NCBI GenBank assembly: GCA_963827195.1 | Contig: CAWGZT010000008.1 | Coordinates: 127,708 to 191,707 of the forward strand | Direction of reading: 5' to 3' | Source: an uncultured Actinomycetota bacterium | GTDB taxonomy: Bacteria > Actinomycetota > Actinomycetes > Propionibacteriales > Nocardioidaceae | Length of the DNA: 64,000 nt | Shown here: positions 27,324-38,057 of the stretch, one piece after another | Numbering within the stretch: position 1 is the stretch's first letter | Layout: every line of letters begins with the position of its first letter | Program-made: the position numbers and the translations under genes | The notes under the pieces: model-generated | Database searches by the model: none | What the model was told of the DNA's origin: nothing | The model's input: only the letters and a program-made list of their open reading frames with translations

Positions 27324-29465
27324 TTGGCCCGACGAGGCCAGCGCCAGTCCGGCGCGACCCGCACGACCCCGCGCAACCAGCGTCGCGCCCGGGAGCTGGA
27401 CAACGAGGGCGTCATCCCCGTCCTGGCCCGCGCCGTGCGCGAGGTCGAGACGCGGGCCCAGCGCGGCCCCGTGCCGCGCGAGGGGCGCACCAAGTTCCAG
27501 GTCGTCGCCCTCCTCGTCCGCGAGGAGCGCGCCAGGCTCAAGGCCGACACCGAGACCACCGAGGCGCAGCGCGCCGAGCAGCTCAAGCGGCTCGACGGCA
27601 TCGCGACCATCCTGGCCAAGACCGCGGCGCGCGACACCTCGCTGCTGGTGCTGCTGCCCGAGGACGCCGAGGTCTCCGAGGCTGCGCGCGAGCTGCGCCG
27701 CGAGCTGATCGCGAAGGCCGGCATGGAGCCCGAGCCGGAGCCCGAGCCCGAGCCGTCGCCCGTCCAGGCGAGCGCCGCGACCGAGCGCAGGGTGGTGCCG
27801 CAGTCCGTCGTCGCCCGCCAGCTCGCCAACCCCTTCCTGGTCCCCGACTTCTCCGCCGCCCCCGCCCGTCCCTCCGGCCCCCGCCGTCTCGCGACCTGGG
27901 AGCTGATCAACCCGCTGCTGACCTCCTTCGAGCGGGCCTCCGGCGGCGCCAAGGCGTGCATGGACCTGCCCGAGTCCGGCGCGGTGCAGGCCCCCGGCCG
28001 GCTCCAGCTGATGCACCACCAGACCCAGGTCGTCGCCGCCGCCGAGGAGGGCCACCGCACCTTCCTCCTCGCCGACGAGCCCGGCCTCGGCAAGACCGCC
28101 CAGGCGCTGCTGGCCGCCCAGGCCGCCGACGCCTACCCGCTCCTGGTCGTCGTACCGAACGTCGTCAAGACCAACTGGGCCCGTGAGGCCCACCTGTGGA
28201 CCCCGCACCGCCCCGCGACCGTGATCCACGGTGACGGCGACACCGTCGACGGCTTCGCCGACATCGTCATCGTCAACTACGAGGTGCTCGACCGGCACGT
28301 CGGCTGGTTGGGCAACCTCGGCTTCCGCGGGATGGTCGTGGACGAGGCCCACTTCATCAAGAACAAGTCCTCCCAGCGCTCCCAGCACGTGCTGCAGCTC
28401 TCCGAGCGCATCCGCGCCCGCACGGTCCGTCCGCTGCTGATGGCCCTGACCGGGACGCCCCTGATCAACGACATCGAGGACTTCCGCGCGATCTGGCAGT
28501 TCCTCGGCTGGGTCGACGACAAGCGCCCGATGACCGAGCTGATGGAGCGCCTGGAGGAGACCGGGATGACCCCGGTCGACCCCGGGTTCTATCCCGCGGC
28601 CCGCGCCGCCGTGATCGACATGGGCATCGTGCGGCGCCGCAAGGTCGACGTGGCCGCCGACATCCCTGCCCGTCGTATCGCCGACCTCCCCGTCGAGCTC
28701 GACGACGCCGCCGGCCGCTCGATCCGCGACGCCGAGCGCGAGCTCGCCCGTCGTCTCGTGCACCGCTACGACCGTGCGCTCGAGACCCGCACCTCGGGCA
28801 TCACGGTCGAGGGCATCGACCACGAGCTCGTCCGCCGCGTGGCCGGCTGGGAGCGCGACGACACCACGACGACCAAGTCGGAGGAGAACGTCTTCGCGAT
28901 GATGCGCCGCATCGGGCAGGCCAAGGCCGGTCTCGCGGCCGACTACGCCGCCCAGCTCGCGCGCAACGTCGGCAAGGTCGTCTTCTTCGCCAAGCACATC
29001 GACGTCATGGACGTCGCCGAGGAGACCTTCGCCCGCCGCGGCATCGCCTACACCTCGATCCGGGGCAACCAGTCGACCGCCACCCGCACCAAGGCCATCG
29101 ACGCCTTCGTCAACGACCCCGACGTGCAGGTCGTCGTCTGCTCGCTCTCGGCCGCCGGCGTGGGCCTCAACCTCCAGGTCGCCTCCAACGTCGTGCTGGC
29201 CGAGCTCTCCTGGACCGACGCCGAGCAGACCCAGGCGATCGACCGGGTCCACCGCATCGGTCAGAGCGACCCGGTCACCGCGTGGCGGATCATCGCCTCG
29301 CAGACCATCGACACCAAGATCGCCGAGCTCATCGACTCCAAGGCCGGCCTGGCCGCCCGCGCCCTCGACGGCTCCGACGAGGAGGTCTCCGACTCCGCCG
29401 ACATCCAGCTCGAGGCGCTCGTGGCCCTGCTCACCGAGGCGCTCACCGACAAGCTCGGCCTCTAG
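27324..29465 (+). CDS. SNF2-family helicase (second copy in the window)
   Basis: Motifs LLADEPGLGKTAQAL, MVVDEAHFIKN, LSAAGVGLNLQ, QAIDRVHRIGQ. I propose the TTG start at 27324 after AGGAGG. The ORF opens at 26997, but the first ~110 codons are Arg/Gly/Pro/Thr-rich and not protein-like. The start is uncertain. Confidence 0.85.
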   Translation: MARRGQRQSGATRTTPRNQRRARELDNEGVIPVLARAVREVETRAQRGPVPREGRTKFQVVALLVREERARLKADTETTEAQRAEQLKRLDGIATILAKTAARDTSLLVLLPEDAEVSEAARELRRELIAKAGMEPEPEPEPEPSPVQASAATERRVVPQSVVARQLANPFLVPDFSAAPARPSGPRRLATWELINPLLTSFERASGGAKACMDLPESGAVQAPGRLQLMHHQTQVVAAAEEGHRTFLLADEPGLGKTAQALLAAQAADAYPLLVVVPNVVKTNWAREAHLWTPHRPATVIHGDGDTVDGFADIVIVNYEVLDRHVGWLGNLGFRGMVVDEAHFIKNKSSQRSQHVLQLSERIRARTVRPLLMALTGTPLINDIEDFRAIWQFLGWVDDKRPMTELMERLEETGMTPVDPGFYPAARAAVIDMGIVRRRKVDVAADIPARRIADLPVELDDAAGRSIRDAERELARRLVHRYDRALETRTSGITVEGIDHELVRRVAGWERDDTTTTKSEENVFAMMRRIGQAKAGLAADYAAQLARNVGKVVFFAKHIDVMDVAEETFARRGIAYTSIRGNQSTATRTKAIDAFVNDPDVQVVVCSLSAAGVGLNLQVASNVVLAELSWTDAEQTQAIDRVHRIGQSDPVTAWRIIASQTIDTKIAELIDSKAGLAARALDGSDEEVSDSADIQLEALVALLTEALTDKLGL

Positions 29466-29482
29466 GTCGCGCGTCCCCCTGG

Positions 29483-29545
29483 GGTAGTCCGTGACGTTTT
29501 CGCCCCTCTGGGGTGCCCCCAGGGGCTAAAACGTCACGGACTACC
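29483..29545. terminator. 63-bp nested hairpin (18-bp perfect arms GGTAGTCCGTGACGTTTT / AAAACGTCACGGACTACC) between convergent genes
   Basis: Read directly between the SNF2 stop (29465) and the arcA stop (29561). The T and A runs flank the inner loop, so it could terminate both strands. Confidence 0.7.
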
Positions 29546-29560
29546 CGCGCCCGGGGACGC

Positions 29561-30778
29561 TCAGACGGCCAGCGGGTCGCGGGCGATGGGGCAGCTCATG
29601 CAGCGCGGGCCGCCGCGACCGGAGCCGAGCTCGGAGCCGGCGATCCGGACGACCTCGATGCCGGCGTCCTCGAGCCGGTCGTTGGTCTCGTCGTTGCGCT
29701 CGTAGGCGACGGCCACCCGGGGCGCGAGGGCCAGGGTGTTGTTGCCGTCGTCCCACTGCTCGCGCTCGGCGGTGACGGGGTCGAGGCCGGTGTCGATGCG
29801 CTGCAGCGTGTCGATGCCCATCGCCTTCGCGGCCGCGACGAGGAACGGCTCGGCCGGGGCGACGTCGAGCGTCAGGGTGCCGTCGTCGGTGCGGCCGTCG
29901 TGGGTCACGGCGTAGGCGATGAGCGAGTCGGCGACGTTGGGGTACATCACGATCTTGTCGACGTCGACCATGGTGCACACCGTGTCGAGGTGCATGGTCG
30001 CGCGCTCCTGCGCGATCGGTACGGCGAGCACGGTGTCGGCCAGGCCGGCCTCGAAGACCTGGCGGGCCAGGCGCTCCGCACCGGCCGGTGTCGTGCGCTC
30101 GCCGACCCCGACGGCGATGACGCGCGGGGCCAGCAGGAGGACGTCGCCGCCCTCGACGTGCTCGAAGTGGTGGCCGTGGATGAGCGCGCTGCCCATGAAG
30201 CGGGGGTGCAGGGTGTAGATGATCTCGGTCAGCTGGGTCTCGCGCTTGCGCGCGGGCATCGCCAGCGACGTGATGGCCACCCGGTCGTGGACCCACACGG
30301 AGGAGTCGCGGGTGAAGAGCAGGTTGGGCAGCGGGTCGACGAGGAAGTCGTCGCGGGCCATCAGCGACGAGACCAGGCCGAAGCCGCCGCGCACCTCGTC
30401 GTTGCGGATGCCGGCGGTGAGGTGGCGGGTGAGGTCCTCCGGCGGCGAGTCGTGCAGGAAGCCGTTGAGGTAGTGCCGCATCGTGTCGCCCAGGTCGAGA
30501 CCGCCCAGGGCGGTGTCGATGGCCGAGTCACGCGCCTCGGGCGTGCCGAGCGTCTCGGTCAGCAGCTCGGTGAGGTAGAGGACCTCGACGTCGCGCGAGC
30601 GCAGGGCCTCCGCGAAGGCGTCGTGCTCCTCCTGCGCCCGGGCCACCCACGGGATGCCGTCGAAGAGCAGCTTGTCGTTGTTGCGGGGGGTCAGGCGCTT
30701 CAGCTCGGGGCCGGGGCGGTGCAGCATCACCGTGCGCAGTCGGCCGACCTCGCTGTCGGCGCCGTGGATCGCAGTCAT
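29561..30778 (-). CDS. arcA: Arginine deiminase
   Basis: 405 aa. [15 protein letters not shown].., C-terminal catalytic [10 protein letters not shown]. Confidence 0.95.
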   Translation of the reverse strand: MTAIHGADSEVGRLRTVMLHRPGPELKRLTPRNNDKLLFDGIPWVARAQEEHDAFAEALRSRDVEVLYLTELLTETLGTPEARDSAIDTALGGLDLGDTMRHYLNGFLHDSPPEDLTRHLTAGIRNDEVRGGFGLVSSLMARDDFLVDPLPNLLFTRDSSVWVHDRVAITSLAMPARKRETQLTEIIYTLHPRFMGSALIHGHHFEHVEGGDVLLLAPRVIAVGVGERTTPAGAERLARQVFEAGLADTVLAVPIAQERATMHLDTVCTMVDVDKIVMYPNVADSLIAYAVTHDGRTDDGTLTLDVAPAEPFLVAAAKAMGIDTLQRIDTGLDPVTAEREQWDDGNNTLALAPRVAVAYERNDETNDRLEDAGIEVVRIAGSELGSGRGGPRCMSCPIARDPLAV

Positions 30779-30816
30779 GCCCCCAGCCTAGGGGTCGGTC
30801 GTGCTCCCGGTGCGGC

Positions 30817-31416
30817 TCAGGACACCAGCTCGTAGACGGTGAGTGCGGCGAGCAGCACGCACACGCCGGCCCCGAGGAAGTGCAGGACGTGGAGGGAGAC
30901 GACGCGCAGCAGGCTGCGGCCGACGACCACGGCGAGCGCGCTGACGGTGAGCAGGGCCCCGAGCGCGCCGAGGAAGACGCTGACGGGCGCGTCGTACTTC
31001 GCGACCAGCGACAGCGTCAGCAGCTGTGACAGGTCACCCCACTCGGCGGCGAAGAGCACCAGGAACGACGCGAGCACCGCGCGCCAGCCGGTGGCCGGCG
31101 TGACGTTGCCGGCGAGGTCGTCGGCCTCGGCCTCCTGGTGGCTGCGGCCCTCCCGGAAGAGGATCACCGCGCCGACGAGGAACAGCACGGTGGCGGCGAT
31201 CTTGACCGCGTCGGCCGGCAGGAACGACGCGGCCTTGCCCAGCGCGACGGCGATGCCGGTCTGGACGGCGAAGGCGAGGCCGACGCCGAGCCAGACCAGC
31301 ACCGGGCGGTACTTCGTCGCCAGCACGAGCGTGGCGAGGAACGTCTTGTCCGGCAGCTCGACGAGGAAGATCGCTCCGAAGGTGAGCGCGACGACGGCGA
31401 GATCCATGCCGGTCAT
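30817..31416 (-). CDS. UPF0016 / TMEM165-GDT1-family cation (Mn2+/Ca2+) transporter
   Basis: 199 aa. Two ExGD(K/L)(T/S) motifs, ELPDKT and EWGDLS, in a multi-TM protein. Confidence 0.85.
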   Translation of the reverse strand: MTGMDLAVVALTFGAIFLVELPDKTFLATLVLATKYRPVLVWLGVGLAFAVQTGIAVALGKAASFLPADAVKIAATVLFLVGAVILFREGRSHQEAEADDLAGNVTPATGWRAVLASFLVLFAAEWGDLSQLLTLSLVAKYDAPVSVFLGALGALLTVSALAVVVGRSLLRVVSLHVLHFLGAGVCVLLAALTVYELVS

Positions 31417-31550
31417 TCTCCGCCACCGCCCGCGCGCGTCGCGCGCCCGCCCTCCCGCGACGTCGTACGCCGGACGCGTCCGGGCCTCAGGTCCATAACG
31501 GTTGCGTCGCGACCGGTCGAGATCGCCCGGGCGGGACGCACACTCAGGCC

Positions 31551-32537
31551 GTGCCCCCCTCTCGGACCGCCCTGCGCACGCTGCCGCCGGGCGTCGTGCC
31601 GAAGCTCGTGCCGGGCGTCGTGCCGAACCTCGTCGTGGGCATCGTGCTGGGCCTCGTCCTGGGAGGCTGCGGCGGAGCGGACGCCCCCGGGTGGGAGCCC
31701 TACGAGAGCTCGGTGAGCGCGCCCCCCGACCTCGCCGAGCAGTGCCCCGACCCGACCACGCCCCTGCCCTACCCCGGCGGCGACGAGCTCCCGGCCGGTG
31801 CGGTGGCGGTGCGCCTGTGCAACGGGCCGGACCCCACGGGTGGCGCCGACGCCGGGCTGCTCTTCGCCCCGCCCGTCGACCTGCTCGAGACCGGGGTCGA
31901 CGACCTGGTCGCGATCGTGGACGCCCTCGAGCCGGTCGAGCTCGACGGCCAGGCGTGCGACGGCGACCTCGGGGCCACGTCGGTCTTCTGGTTCCTCTAC
32001 GCCGACCAGGACCCTCGCGCCGTCAGCCTCCAGCACTACGGCTGCGGCAACACCTTCGTCGCCCCCGACCAGGCCGGCGCAGGAGGCGAGGCGCTCCTCG
32101 CGACGTTCGACGCCCGCCTGTGGGAGCAGCGGGCCGGCCGGACGCCCCCGGGGGATCGTCGCGTGCCGTCGTGCGAGCCCCTCGCCAGCCCTGCGGTCTC
32201 CCCGCTGTCCCTCACCCACGACGGCCTCGACCTGGCCACGGCCGTCTACTGCACGACCGCGGGCCGCGCCGTGCTCGCTCCGGGACAGGTCGAGCGGCTC
32301 AGCGTGGACCTGCGGGTCCCCCCACGCCCTCGCGCGGGCTGCCCACCGCAGACCGGTCGCCGCGACGGCGGCAGCACGATCGCGGCCCGCACGGTGTGGG
32401 GCGACGTCGTGGTGCTCCACGGTCGGTGCTCGACCTATCCCGCCCAGACCGGCCTCGTCGACGCGGACGGCGAGCCGTCCTGGTGGGTCCTCTCGCCCGG
32501 CGTACGCCGGATGCTCGCCGCGCTCCCGCTCCGCTGA
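31551..32537 (+). CDS. Putative lipoprotein, Cys-rich, hypothetical
   Basis: 328 aa, GTG start. Hydrophobic N-terminus ending LVLGGCGG (lipobox-like). No family recognised. Confidence 0.55.
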   Translation: MPPSRTALRTLPPGVVPKLVPGVVPNLVVGIVLGLVLGGCGGADAPGWEPYESSVSAPPDLAEQCPDPTTPLPYPGGDELPAGAVAVRLCNGPDPTGGADAGLLFAPPVDLLETGVDDLVAIVDALEPVELDGQACDGDLGATSVFWFLYADQDPRAVSLQHYGCGNTFVAPDQAGAGGEALLATFDARLWEQRAGRTPPGDRRVPSCEPLASPAVSPLSLTHDGLDLATAVYCTTAGRAVLAPGQVERLSVDLRVPPRPRAGCPPQTGRRDGGSTIAARTVWGDVVVLHGRCSTYPAQTGLVDADGEPSWWVLSPGVRRMLAALPLR

Positions 32538-32568
32538 CGGCGCGCGGCCCGGCCCCACCTCGCAGAGG

Positions 32569-33408
32569 TCAGGAGCGGAACGCGTCGGCCGGGTAGACGC
32601 CGAGGATCGTGATGTCGGTGGTGAAGAACGCGAGCTCCTCGAGCGCGTGGGCCAGCCCCTGCTCGGAGGGGTGGCCGTCGACCTCGGCGAGGAACTGGGT
32701 CGCCGAGAAGTGCCCCCCGACCATGTAGCTCTCCAGCTTGGTCATGTTGACGCCGTTGGTGGCGAAGCCACCGAGCGCCTTGTAGAGCGCGGCGGGGATG
32801 TTGCGGACGTTGAAGATGAACGAGGTGACGACCGGGCCGTCGCCCGGCGGCGCCTCGACGTAGTCACGGGAGAGCACGACGAAGCGGGTCGTGTTGTGGT
32901 CCTCGTCCTCGATGTCCTCGGCGAGCACGTCGAGACCGTAGATCTCGGCGGCCAGCGGCGGCGAGATCGCGGCCTGGCTCGGGTCGGCGGCCTCGGCCAC
33001 CTCACGGGCGGCACCCGCGGTGTCGCCGGAGATCAGCGGCCGCAGCCCGTGCTCGCGGATGATCTTGCGGCACTGGCCGAGGGCGTGGACGTGGCTGTGC
33101 ACCGTGCGCACGTCCTCGAGCCGGGCGCCGGGCACGCCGAGCAGGTGGAAGCGGATCCGCAGGAAGTGCTCGGCGATGATGTGCAGGCCTGACGCGGGCA
33201 GGAAGTGGTGGATGTCGGCCACCCGACCGGCGATGGAGTTGTCGATCGGGATCATCGCCAGATCGGCCTCGCCGCCCTCGACGGCGGCGAAGACGTCCTC
33301 GAACGACGGGCACGCCAGCGCCTCCCAGTCGGGGTAGTGCTGGCGGCACACCAGGTGGGAGTTGGCGCCGGGCTCGCCCTGGTAGGCGATGCGTCGAGGT
33401 GAAGTCAC
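32569..33408 (-). CDS. pheA: Prephenate dehydratase
   Basis: 279 aa from the GTG at 33408 (VTSPRRIAYQGEPGANSH..). Contains TRF in NTTRFVVL and a C-terminal ACT domain. The ORF-track extension to 34620 is spurious. Confidence 0.9.
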   Translation of the reverse strand: MTSPRRIAYQGEPGANSHLVCRQHYPDWEALACPSFEDVFAAVEGGEADLAMIPIDNSIAGRVADIHHFLPASGLHIIAEHFLRIRFHLLGVPGARLEDVRTVHSHVHALGQCRKIIREHGLRPLISGDTAGAAREVAEAADPSQAAISPPLAAEIYGLDVLAEDIEDEDHNTTRFVVLSRDYVEAPPGDGPVVTSFIFNVRNIPAALYKALGGFATNGVNMTKLESYMVGGHFSATQFLAEVDGHPSEQGLAHALEELAFFTTDITILGVYPADAFRS

Positions 33409-33432
33409 GCTGATGAGTTTAGGGTCGGGGCC

Positions 33433-33831
33433 GTGGTCCTCCTCGCCGTCCTCAGCCTCGTGGTCGCGCTCGTCGCGATCGCCCTCTCGCTCCTCACGCT
33501 GCGTACGACGGGCGCCCGTCGCCGCGCCCTCGGCGCGGACGCGCTCCCCGAGGACGTCCACGGCCTGCGCCAGGAGGTCGCGGCCCTCCGGGCCGAGGCG
33601 CGGGGCTCGCTGCGCCACGTGGCCGTGGTGCGCTACGACGCCTTCGGCGACATGGGCGGGCACCTGTCGTGGTCGATCGCGCTGCTCGACGACAGCGGCG
33701 ACGGCGTCGTGCTGACCTCGATCCACGGACGCTCCGACGCGCGCAGCTATGCCAAGAACATCGCCGGCTGGTCCAGCGAGCAGCAGCTCTCGCCCGAGGA
33801 GGACGAGGCGATCGCCCACGCCCGCTCCTGA
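33433..33831 (+). CDS. DUF4446-like membrane-anchored protein (family name from memory)
   Basis: 132 aa. N-terminal TM segment, then VVRYDAFGDMGGHLSWSIALLDDSGDGVVLTSIHGR..RSYAK. Confidence 0.7.
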   Translation: MVLLAVLSLVVALVAIALSLLTLRTTGARRRALGADALPEDVHGLRQEVAALRAEARGSLRHVAVVRYDAFGDMGGHLSWSIALLDDSGDGVVLTSIHGRSDARSYAKNIAGWSSEQQLSPEEDEAIAHARS

Positions 33832-33890
33832 CGAGGCGCCACCCGACGGCCCCGAGCGCCGGGCGTGCTCGTCGAGGAGCACCACCGGGT

Positions 33891-34544
33891 CTACGGCTGG
33901 GCGCTGGGCGGCAGCGTCTCGGTCGAGGGACCGCCCACCCTCCAGGCCTCGAGCGAGGGGTGTCTCGCCATGGACGACACGTCGCGCGGGGACCCGACCC
34001 GTTGCTGGGTCGTCGCGGCCGCGCGGTGGCGGGCGGCCAGGCCCAGCCGGCGGACCCGCGTGGCGGTCCACAGGTGCAGCGCGGTCATCAGGAAGAGCCC
34101 CATCAGGATCGCGATCGGGTAGAGCCGCTGGGTCGGCAGGCTCGAGAACGAGTCCCAGGGCCAGTCGATGACCAGCACGCCCTGGCTGAGGGAGATCAGC
34201 AGCAGACCGCCCCCCATCAGCAGCGCCCACAGCGCGAGGAGGGCCAGGCCGACGACCTCCAGGACCATCGAGGTCGCGCGCCGGGCGAGCCCGACGGCGA
34301 GCACGGCGCCCCCCACGAAGGACAGCCCGCCCGTCGCCAGCCTCACCCAGTCGCCGTACCGGTCGAACGGGGCGGCCGTCCCGTTGAAGAGGATCAGCAA
34401 CCCGGCGACCAGGCCGATCAGGGCGTGGAGCAGCAGCAGCCCGAGGCGGTTGGTCGTCTCCCACTCCGGCGCCGTCAGCGGTCGACGACGGCCGGGGCCG
34501 CTCGCGGGGCGAGCGGGTGGGGTGTCGCGGCGTGGGCCGGTCAC
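33891..34544 (-). CDS. Hypothetical integral membrane protein (~4 TM)
   Basis: 217 aa. Hydrophobic segments are evident. No motif recognised. Confidence 0.5.
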   Translation of the reverse strand: MTGPRRDTPPARPASGPGRRRPLTAPEWETTNRLGLLLLHALIGLVAGLLILFNGTAAPFDRYGDWVRLATGGLSFVGGAVLAVGLARRATSMVLEVVGLALLALWALLMGGGLLLISLSQGVLVIDWPWDSFSSLPTQRLYPIAILMGLFLMTALHLWTATRVRRLGLAARHRAAATTQQRVGSPRDVSSMARHPSLEAWRVGGPSTETLPPSAQP

Positions 34545-34671
34545 GGGCAGGACCTTTCGTCGGCACCGATCGTGACAGTCGCAGGTGATCCTCGCCAGAG
34601 ATCTTAGGACGCGCTCTCATGGCCCGGACGGGGCCAACAAATGGCCGAACGGATGACTCGTCGACCTGGGG

Positions 34672-35070
34672 TCAGGCGCCGAGGGTGCGACTCAGCTCGG
34701 CCCCCATGGCGGTGACGAGCGCGTCGAGGCCCTTCATCGGGCGCACCATCACGGTGAACGACGTGAGCAGGCCGTCGTCGCCCCACCGGAGCATGTCGAC
34801 GCCGTGGACGGTGAGTCCGTCGACGACCGACTCGAACTCCAGCACCGCACTGTCCGGGGAGCACCACTCCTCGACGTAGCGCAGGCCGGGGCCGAGCACC
34901 ACGAAGGCCGCCGAGAGGTAGGCCGTGGTGATCGCCCTGCCCTGCTGCGGGGTGTGGACCGCCGGCGAGCGGAACACCACGTCGTCGGCCAGCAGCGCGT
35001 CCAGGCCCGCCGGGTCGCGGGACTCGGCGACGGCGTGCCAGGCGGCGACCGGGGCGGGGCGAGGGCTCAT
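34672..35070 (-). CDS. NTF2/SnoaL-like small protein
   Basis: 132 aa. WHAVAESRDPAGLDALLADDVVFRSP is typical of SnoaL-like folds (weak, from memory). Confidence 0.55.
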   Translation of the reverse strand: MSPRPAPVAAWHAVAESRDPAGLDALLADDVVFRSPAVHTPQQGRAITTAYLSAAFVVLGPGLRYVEEWCSPDSAVLEFESVVDGLTVHGVDMLRWGDDGLLTSFTVMVRPMKGLDALVTAMGAELSRTLGA

Positions 35071-35113
35071 GGCCCTCAGTCAACCACCGGCCGGGCGGGC
35101 GGCGGCACCAGGC

Positions 35114-36688
35114 TCAGCGCGGGACCCGGACCAGCAACCGACCGTGGACGCACTCCATGTGCAGCTCACGGCCGGAGCCGATGGAGTCGCCGTCGAGCTG
35201 GCGGGGGGTGTCGGTCGCGGCCCTGATGCTGACGCGCTGCCCGGTCATCCGGTTGATCGTGTCGTCGGTGCGCGAGGCCTTGGCGAGCACCCGGGCGGCG
35301 AGCGGGATCCAGGAGAAGAAGGTGCGGGGGTGCAGGATCACCACGTCGATCAGGCCGTCGTCGATGCTCGCATCGGGGAGCAGCGGCATGCCGGCCTGCA
35401 GGAAGCCGACGTTGCCGACGACCACGGTGCGGGCCCGGTGGCGGGTGTAGTCGCCGCCGTCGACGGAGATGTCGACCCGCACCGCGGGAAACATCAGCGA
35501 CTTGAGGCCGGAGATCACGTAGGCGATCCAGCCGACCCGCTTCTTCAGGTCCTCGTTGACGCCCTCCATCAGGGCCGCGTCGAAGCCCATGCCGGCCATC
35601 ACCATGAAGCTGCTGTCCTCGAGGCCGTCGCCGCTCACCGAGACCATGTCGATCGCCCGGTCCTGCCCGGTGAGCGCGACGTCGATCGCGGCGCGCACGT
35701 AGAGCGGGATGTCGAGGTTGCGGGCGAGCAGGTTGCCGGTGCCGGCCGGCACGATCCCGACCGGGATGCCGGTGCCCGCGAGCTCGGCGCACACCTCGCG
35801 CACGGTGCCGTCGCCGCCGCAGACGATGACCAGCCCGGCGCCCTCGACGGAGGCCTGCTCGGCCTGGCCCGTGCCGGGGTCCTCGATGCTCGTCAGGTGG
35901 AACGACGGCTCCTGCCAGCCGGCCTCGTGGGCCATCGCGGAGACGAGCGACTGGAACTGGCCGACGTCCTCCACCTTGATCGGGTTGAGCACGACGGCGA
36001 GCTTGCGACCGGGCGGCAGCACCTCGGTGAGCGGCTCGATCTTCGCGGCGTGGCTGCGCGGTCGGGGGCTGTAGAGCGCCAGCCCGAGCAGCACCACGCC
36101 GGTGCCCAGCAGCACCCCGCCGATCACGTCGCTCGGGAAGTGCCGGCCGAGCAGCACCCGGTCGAGACACACCAGGACGACGACCGTCGCGACGGCCGCG
36201 TCGACGAAGCGGCGGATGCCGGGTCGGCGTACGAGCATCGAGACCAGCACCAGCACGACCCCGCCCAGGGCGGCGATGGACGACGCGTGACCCGAGGGGA
36301 AGGCGTTGTTCTCCAGCAGCCACTCGGCTTCCTGCCAGTCCGGCCGGTCCCGGCCCACGCCCAGCTTCATCAGCGTCGTGGCCGCCGAGGTCAGCAGCAT
36401 CACGCCGCCGGCGAAGAACGCCGCGCGGCGGTAGCCCTTGACGAACATCGCCACCCCGAGCGCCACGGTGTACGCCGTCATGGCGACCGTCCCGAACGTC
36501 ACCTCGACGACGCGGAGGAACGAGCGCAGGTCACGGTCGTCGACGGCCCAGCCGCGCACGGTGTCGCCGCGGTCGTCGAAGCTCGCCAGCGGCGCCCAGC
36601 CCTGGACGACGGCGAGCGCGAGCAGCCCGAGGAGTCCGAGGCAGACGGCGGACGAGGTCAGGAGGCGGAGGCGGGAGCGGTCGAGCAC
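35114..36688 (-). CDS. PAP2 phosphatase / diacylglycerol-kinase-family lipid kinase fusion
   Basis: 524 aa. PAP2 motif AFPSGHAS in the membrane N-terminal half. DAGK catalytic motifs VCGGDGTVREV and GIVPAGTGNLLARNL in the C-terminal half. Confidence 0.8.
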   Translation of the reverse strand: MLDRSRLRLLTSSAVCLGLLGLLALAVVQGWAPLASFDDRGDTVRGWAVDDRDLRSFLRVVEVTFGTVAMTAYTVALGVAMFVKGYRRAAFFAGGVMLLTSAATTLMKLGVGRDRPDWQEAEWLLENNAFPSGHASSIAALGGVVLVLVSMLVRRPGIRRFVDAAVATVVVLVCLDRVLLGRHFPSDVIGGVLLGTGVVLLGLALYSPRPRSHAAKIEPLTEVLPPGRKLAVVLNPIKVEDVGQFQSLVSAMAHEAGWQEPSFHLTSIEDPGTGQAEQASVEGAGLVIVCGGDGTVREVCAELAGTGIPVGIVPAGTGNLLARNLDIPLYVRAAIDVALTGQDRAIDMVSVSGDGLEDSSFMVMAGMGFDAALMEGVNEDLKKRVGWIAYVISGLKSLMFPAVRVDISVDGGDYTRHRARTVVVGNVGFLQAGMPLLPDASIDDGLIDVVILHPRTFFSWIPLAARVLAKASRTDDTINRMTGQRVSIRAATDTPRQLDGDSIGSGRELHMECVHGRLLVRVPR

Positions 36689-36776
36689 GGCTCATTATGC
36701 GCGACGGGTTCCCGCAGGCACGAACCCGTGAGCCCGGGGAAGCGGCGCCCCGATCGCACCCCGATAACCTGGGCCC

Positions 36777-38057
36777 ATGATCGATCCGCGCATCCTCCGT
36801 GAAGACCCAGACCGCGTCCGCGCCGCCCAGGCCAAGCGCGGCCTGTCCGACGAGGTGGTCGATCGCGCGCTGGCGGCCGACCGGGCCCGCCGGGAGGCGA
36901 TCGCGTCCTTCGAGGCGCAGCGGGGCGAGCAGAAGCGCCTCGGCAAGCTGGTGGCCCAGGCCAAGGGTGAGGAGAAGGCCGAGCTGCTGACCCGCACCAA
37001 GACCCTCGCGGCCCAGGTCAAGGAGGCCGAGGCCACCCAGGGCGTCGCCGAGGAGGAGTGGCAGCAGGCGCTCCTGTCGATCCCCAACCTGGCCGCCGAC
37101 GAGGTCCCGGCCGGCGGCGAGGACGACTTCGTCGTGCTCGAGACGATCGGCACGCCCGCGACCTTCGACTTCGAGCCGCGCGACCACGTCGAGCTCGGCC
37201 GGATGCTGGGCGCCATCGACCTCGAGCGTGGCGCCAAGGTGTCGGGCTCGCGCTTCTACTTCCTGACCGGGGTCGGCGCCGAGCTCGAGTTCGCCCTGAT
37301 CAACCTCGCCAACGAGACCGCCCGCGAGTTCGGCTTCACCCAGGTCATCGCTCCCTCGATGGTCAAGCCCCGCGCCATGGACGGCACCGGCTTCCTCGGC
37401 CAGGCCGCCGACGACGTCTACCGCATCGAGGGCCAGGACATGTACCTCGTCGGGACCTCGGAGGTGCCGATGGCGGCCTACCACTCCGACGAGATCCTCG
37501 ACGGCTCCTCGTTGCCCCTGCGCTACGCGGCGTTCAGCCCGTGCTTCCGCAAGGAGGCAGGCTCGCACGGCAAGGACACCAAGGGGATCATCCGGGTCCA
37601 CTGGTTCGACAAGGTGGAGATGTTCGTCTACACGACCCTCGAGGACTCCTACGCCGAGCACCAGCGGCTGCTCGACATCGAGAAGGCGTTCCTCGACAAG
37701 CTCGAGCTGGCCTACCAGGTGATCGACACCGCGGCCGGCGACCTCGGCCTGTCCGCGCAGCGCAAGTTCGACTGCGAGGCGTGGATCCCCACCCAGGGCA
37801 AGTACCGCGAGCTCACGTCGACCTCCAACTGCACGGAGTTCCAGACGCGGCGCCTCGACACCCGCGGCCGCTTCGCGACCGACGACGGCGGCACCGAGGT
37901 GCGCCCCATCGCGACCCTCAACGGCACGCTGTGCGCGGTGCCGCGGGCGATCGTGGCGATCCTCGAGACCCACCAGCAGGCCGACGGCTCCGTGCGGGTG
38001 CCGCAGGCGCTGCAGAAGTGGCTCGGGCGCGAGGTCCTGGAGCCGATCACCTCGTGA
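36777..38057 (+). CDS. serS: Seryl-tRNA synthetase
   Basis: 426 aa. Starts [22 protein letters not shown]. Class II core [27 protein letters not shown]. Confidence 0.95.
   Translation: MIDPRILREDPDRVRAAQAKRGLSDEVVDRALAADRARREAIASFEAQRGEQKRLGKLVAQAKGEEKAELLTRTKTLAAQVKEAEATQGVAEEEWQQALLSIPNLAADEVPAGGEDDFVVLETIGTPATFDFEPRDHVELGRMLGAIDLERGAKVSGSRFYFLTGVGAELEFALINLANETAREFGFTQVIAPSMVKPRAMDGTGFLGQAADDVYRIEGQDMYLVGTSEVPMAAYHSDEILDGSSLPLRYAAFSPCFRKEAGSHGKDTKGIIRVHWFDKVEMFVYTTLEDSYAEHQRLLDIEKAFLDKLELAYQVIDTAAGDLGLSAQRKFDCEAWIPTQGKYRELTSTSNCTEFQTRRLDTRGRFATDDGGTEVRPIATLNGTLCAVPRAIVAILETHQQADGSVRVPQALQKWLGREVLEPITS

Noticed and set aside
27312-29252. 646-aa minus-strand ORF over the second SNF2 helicase
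   Set aside because: Shadow ORF. The helicase motifs are on the + strand.
31417-31550. Mn2+ (yybP-ykoY) riboswitch in front of the UPF0016 transporter
   Set aside because: Reading the minus-strand leader, I could not find the conserved four-way-junction sequence blocks. Only a short generic hairpin is present. An Infernal scan would settle it.
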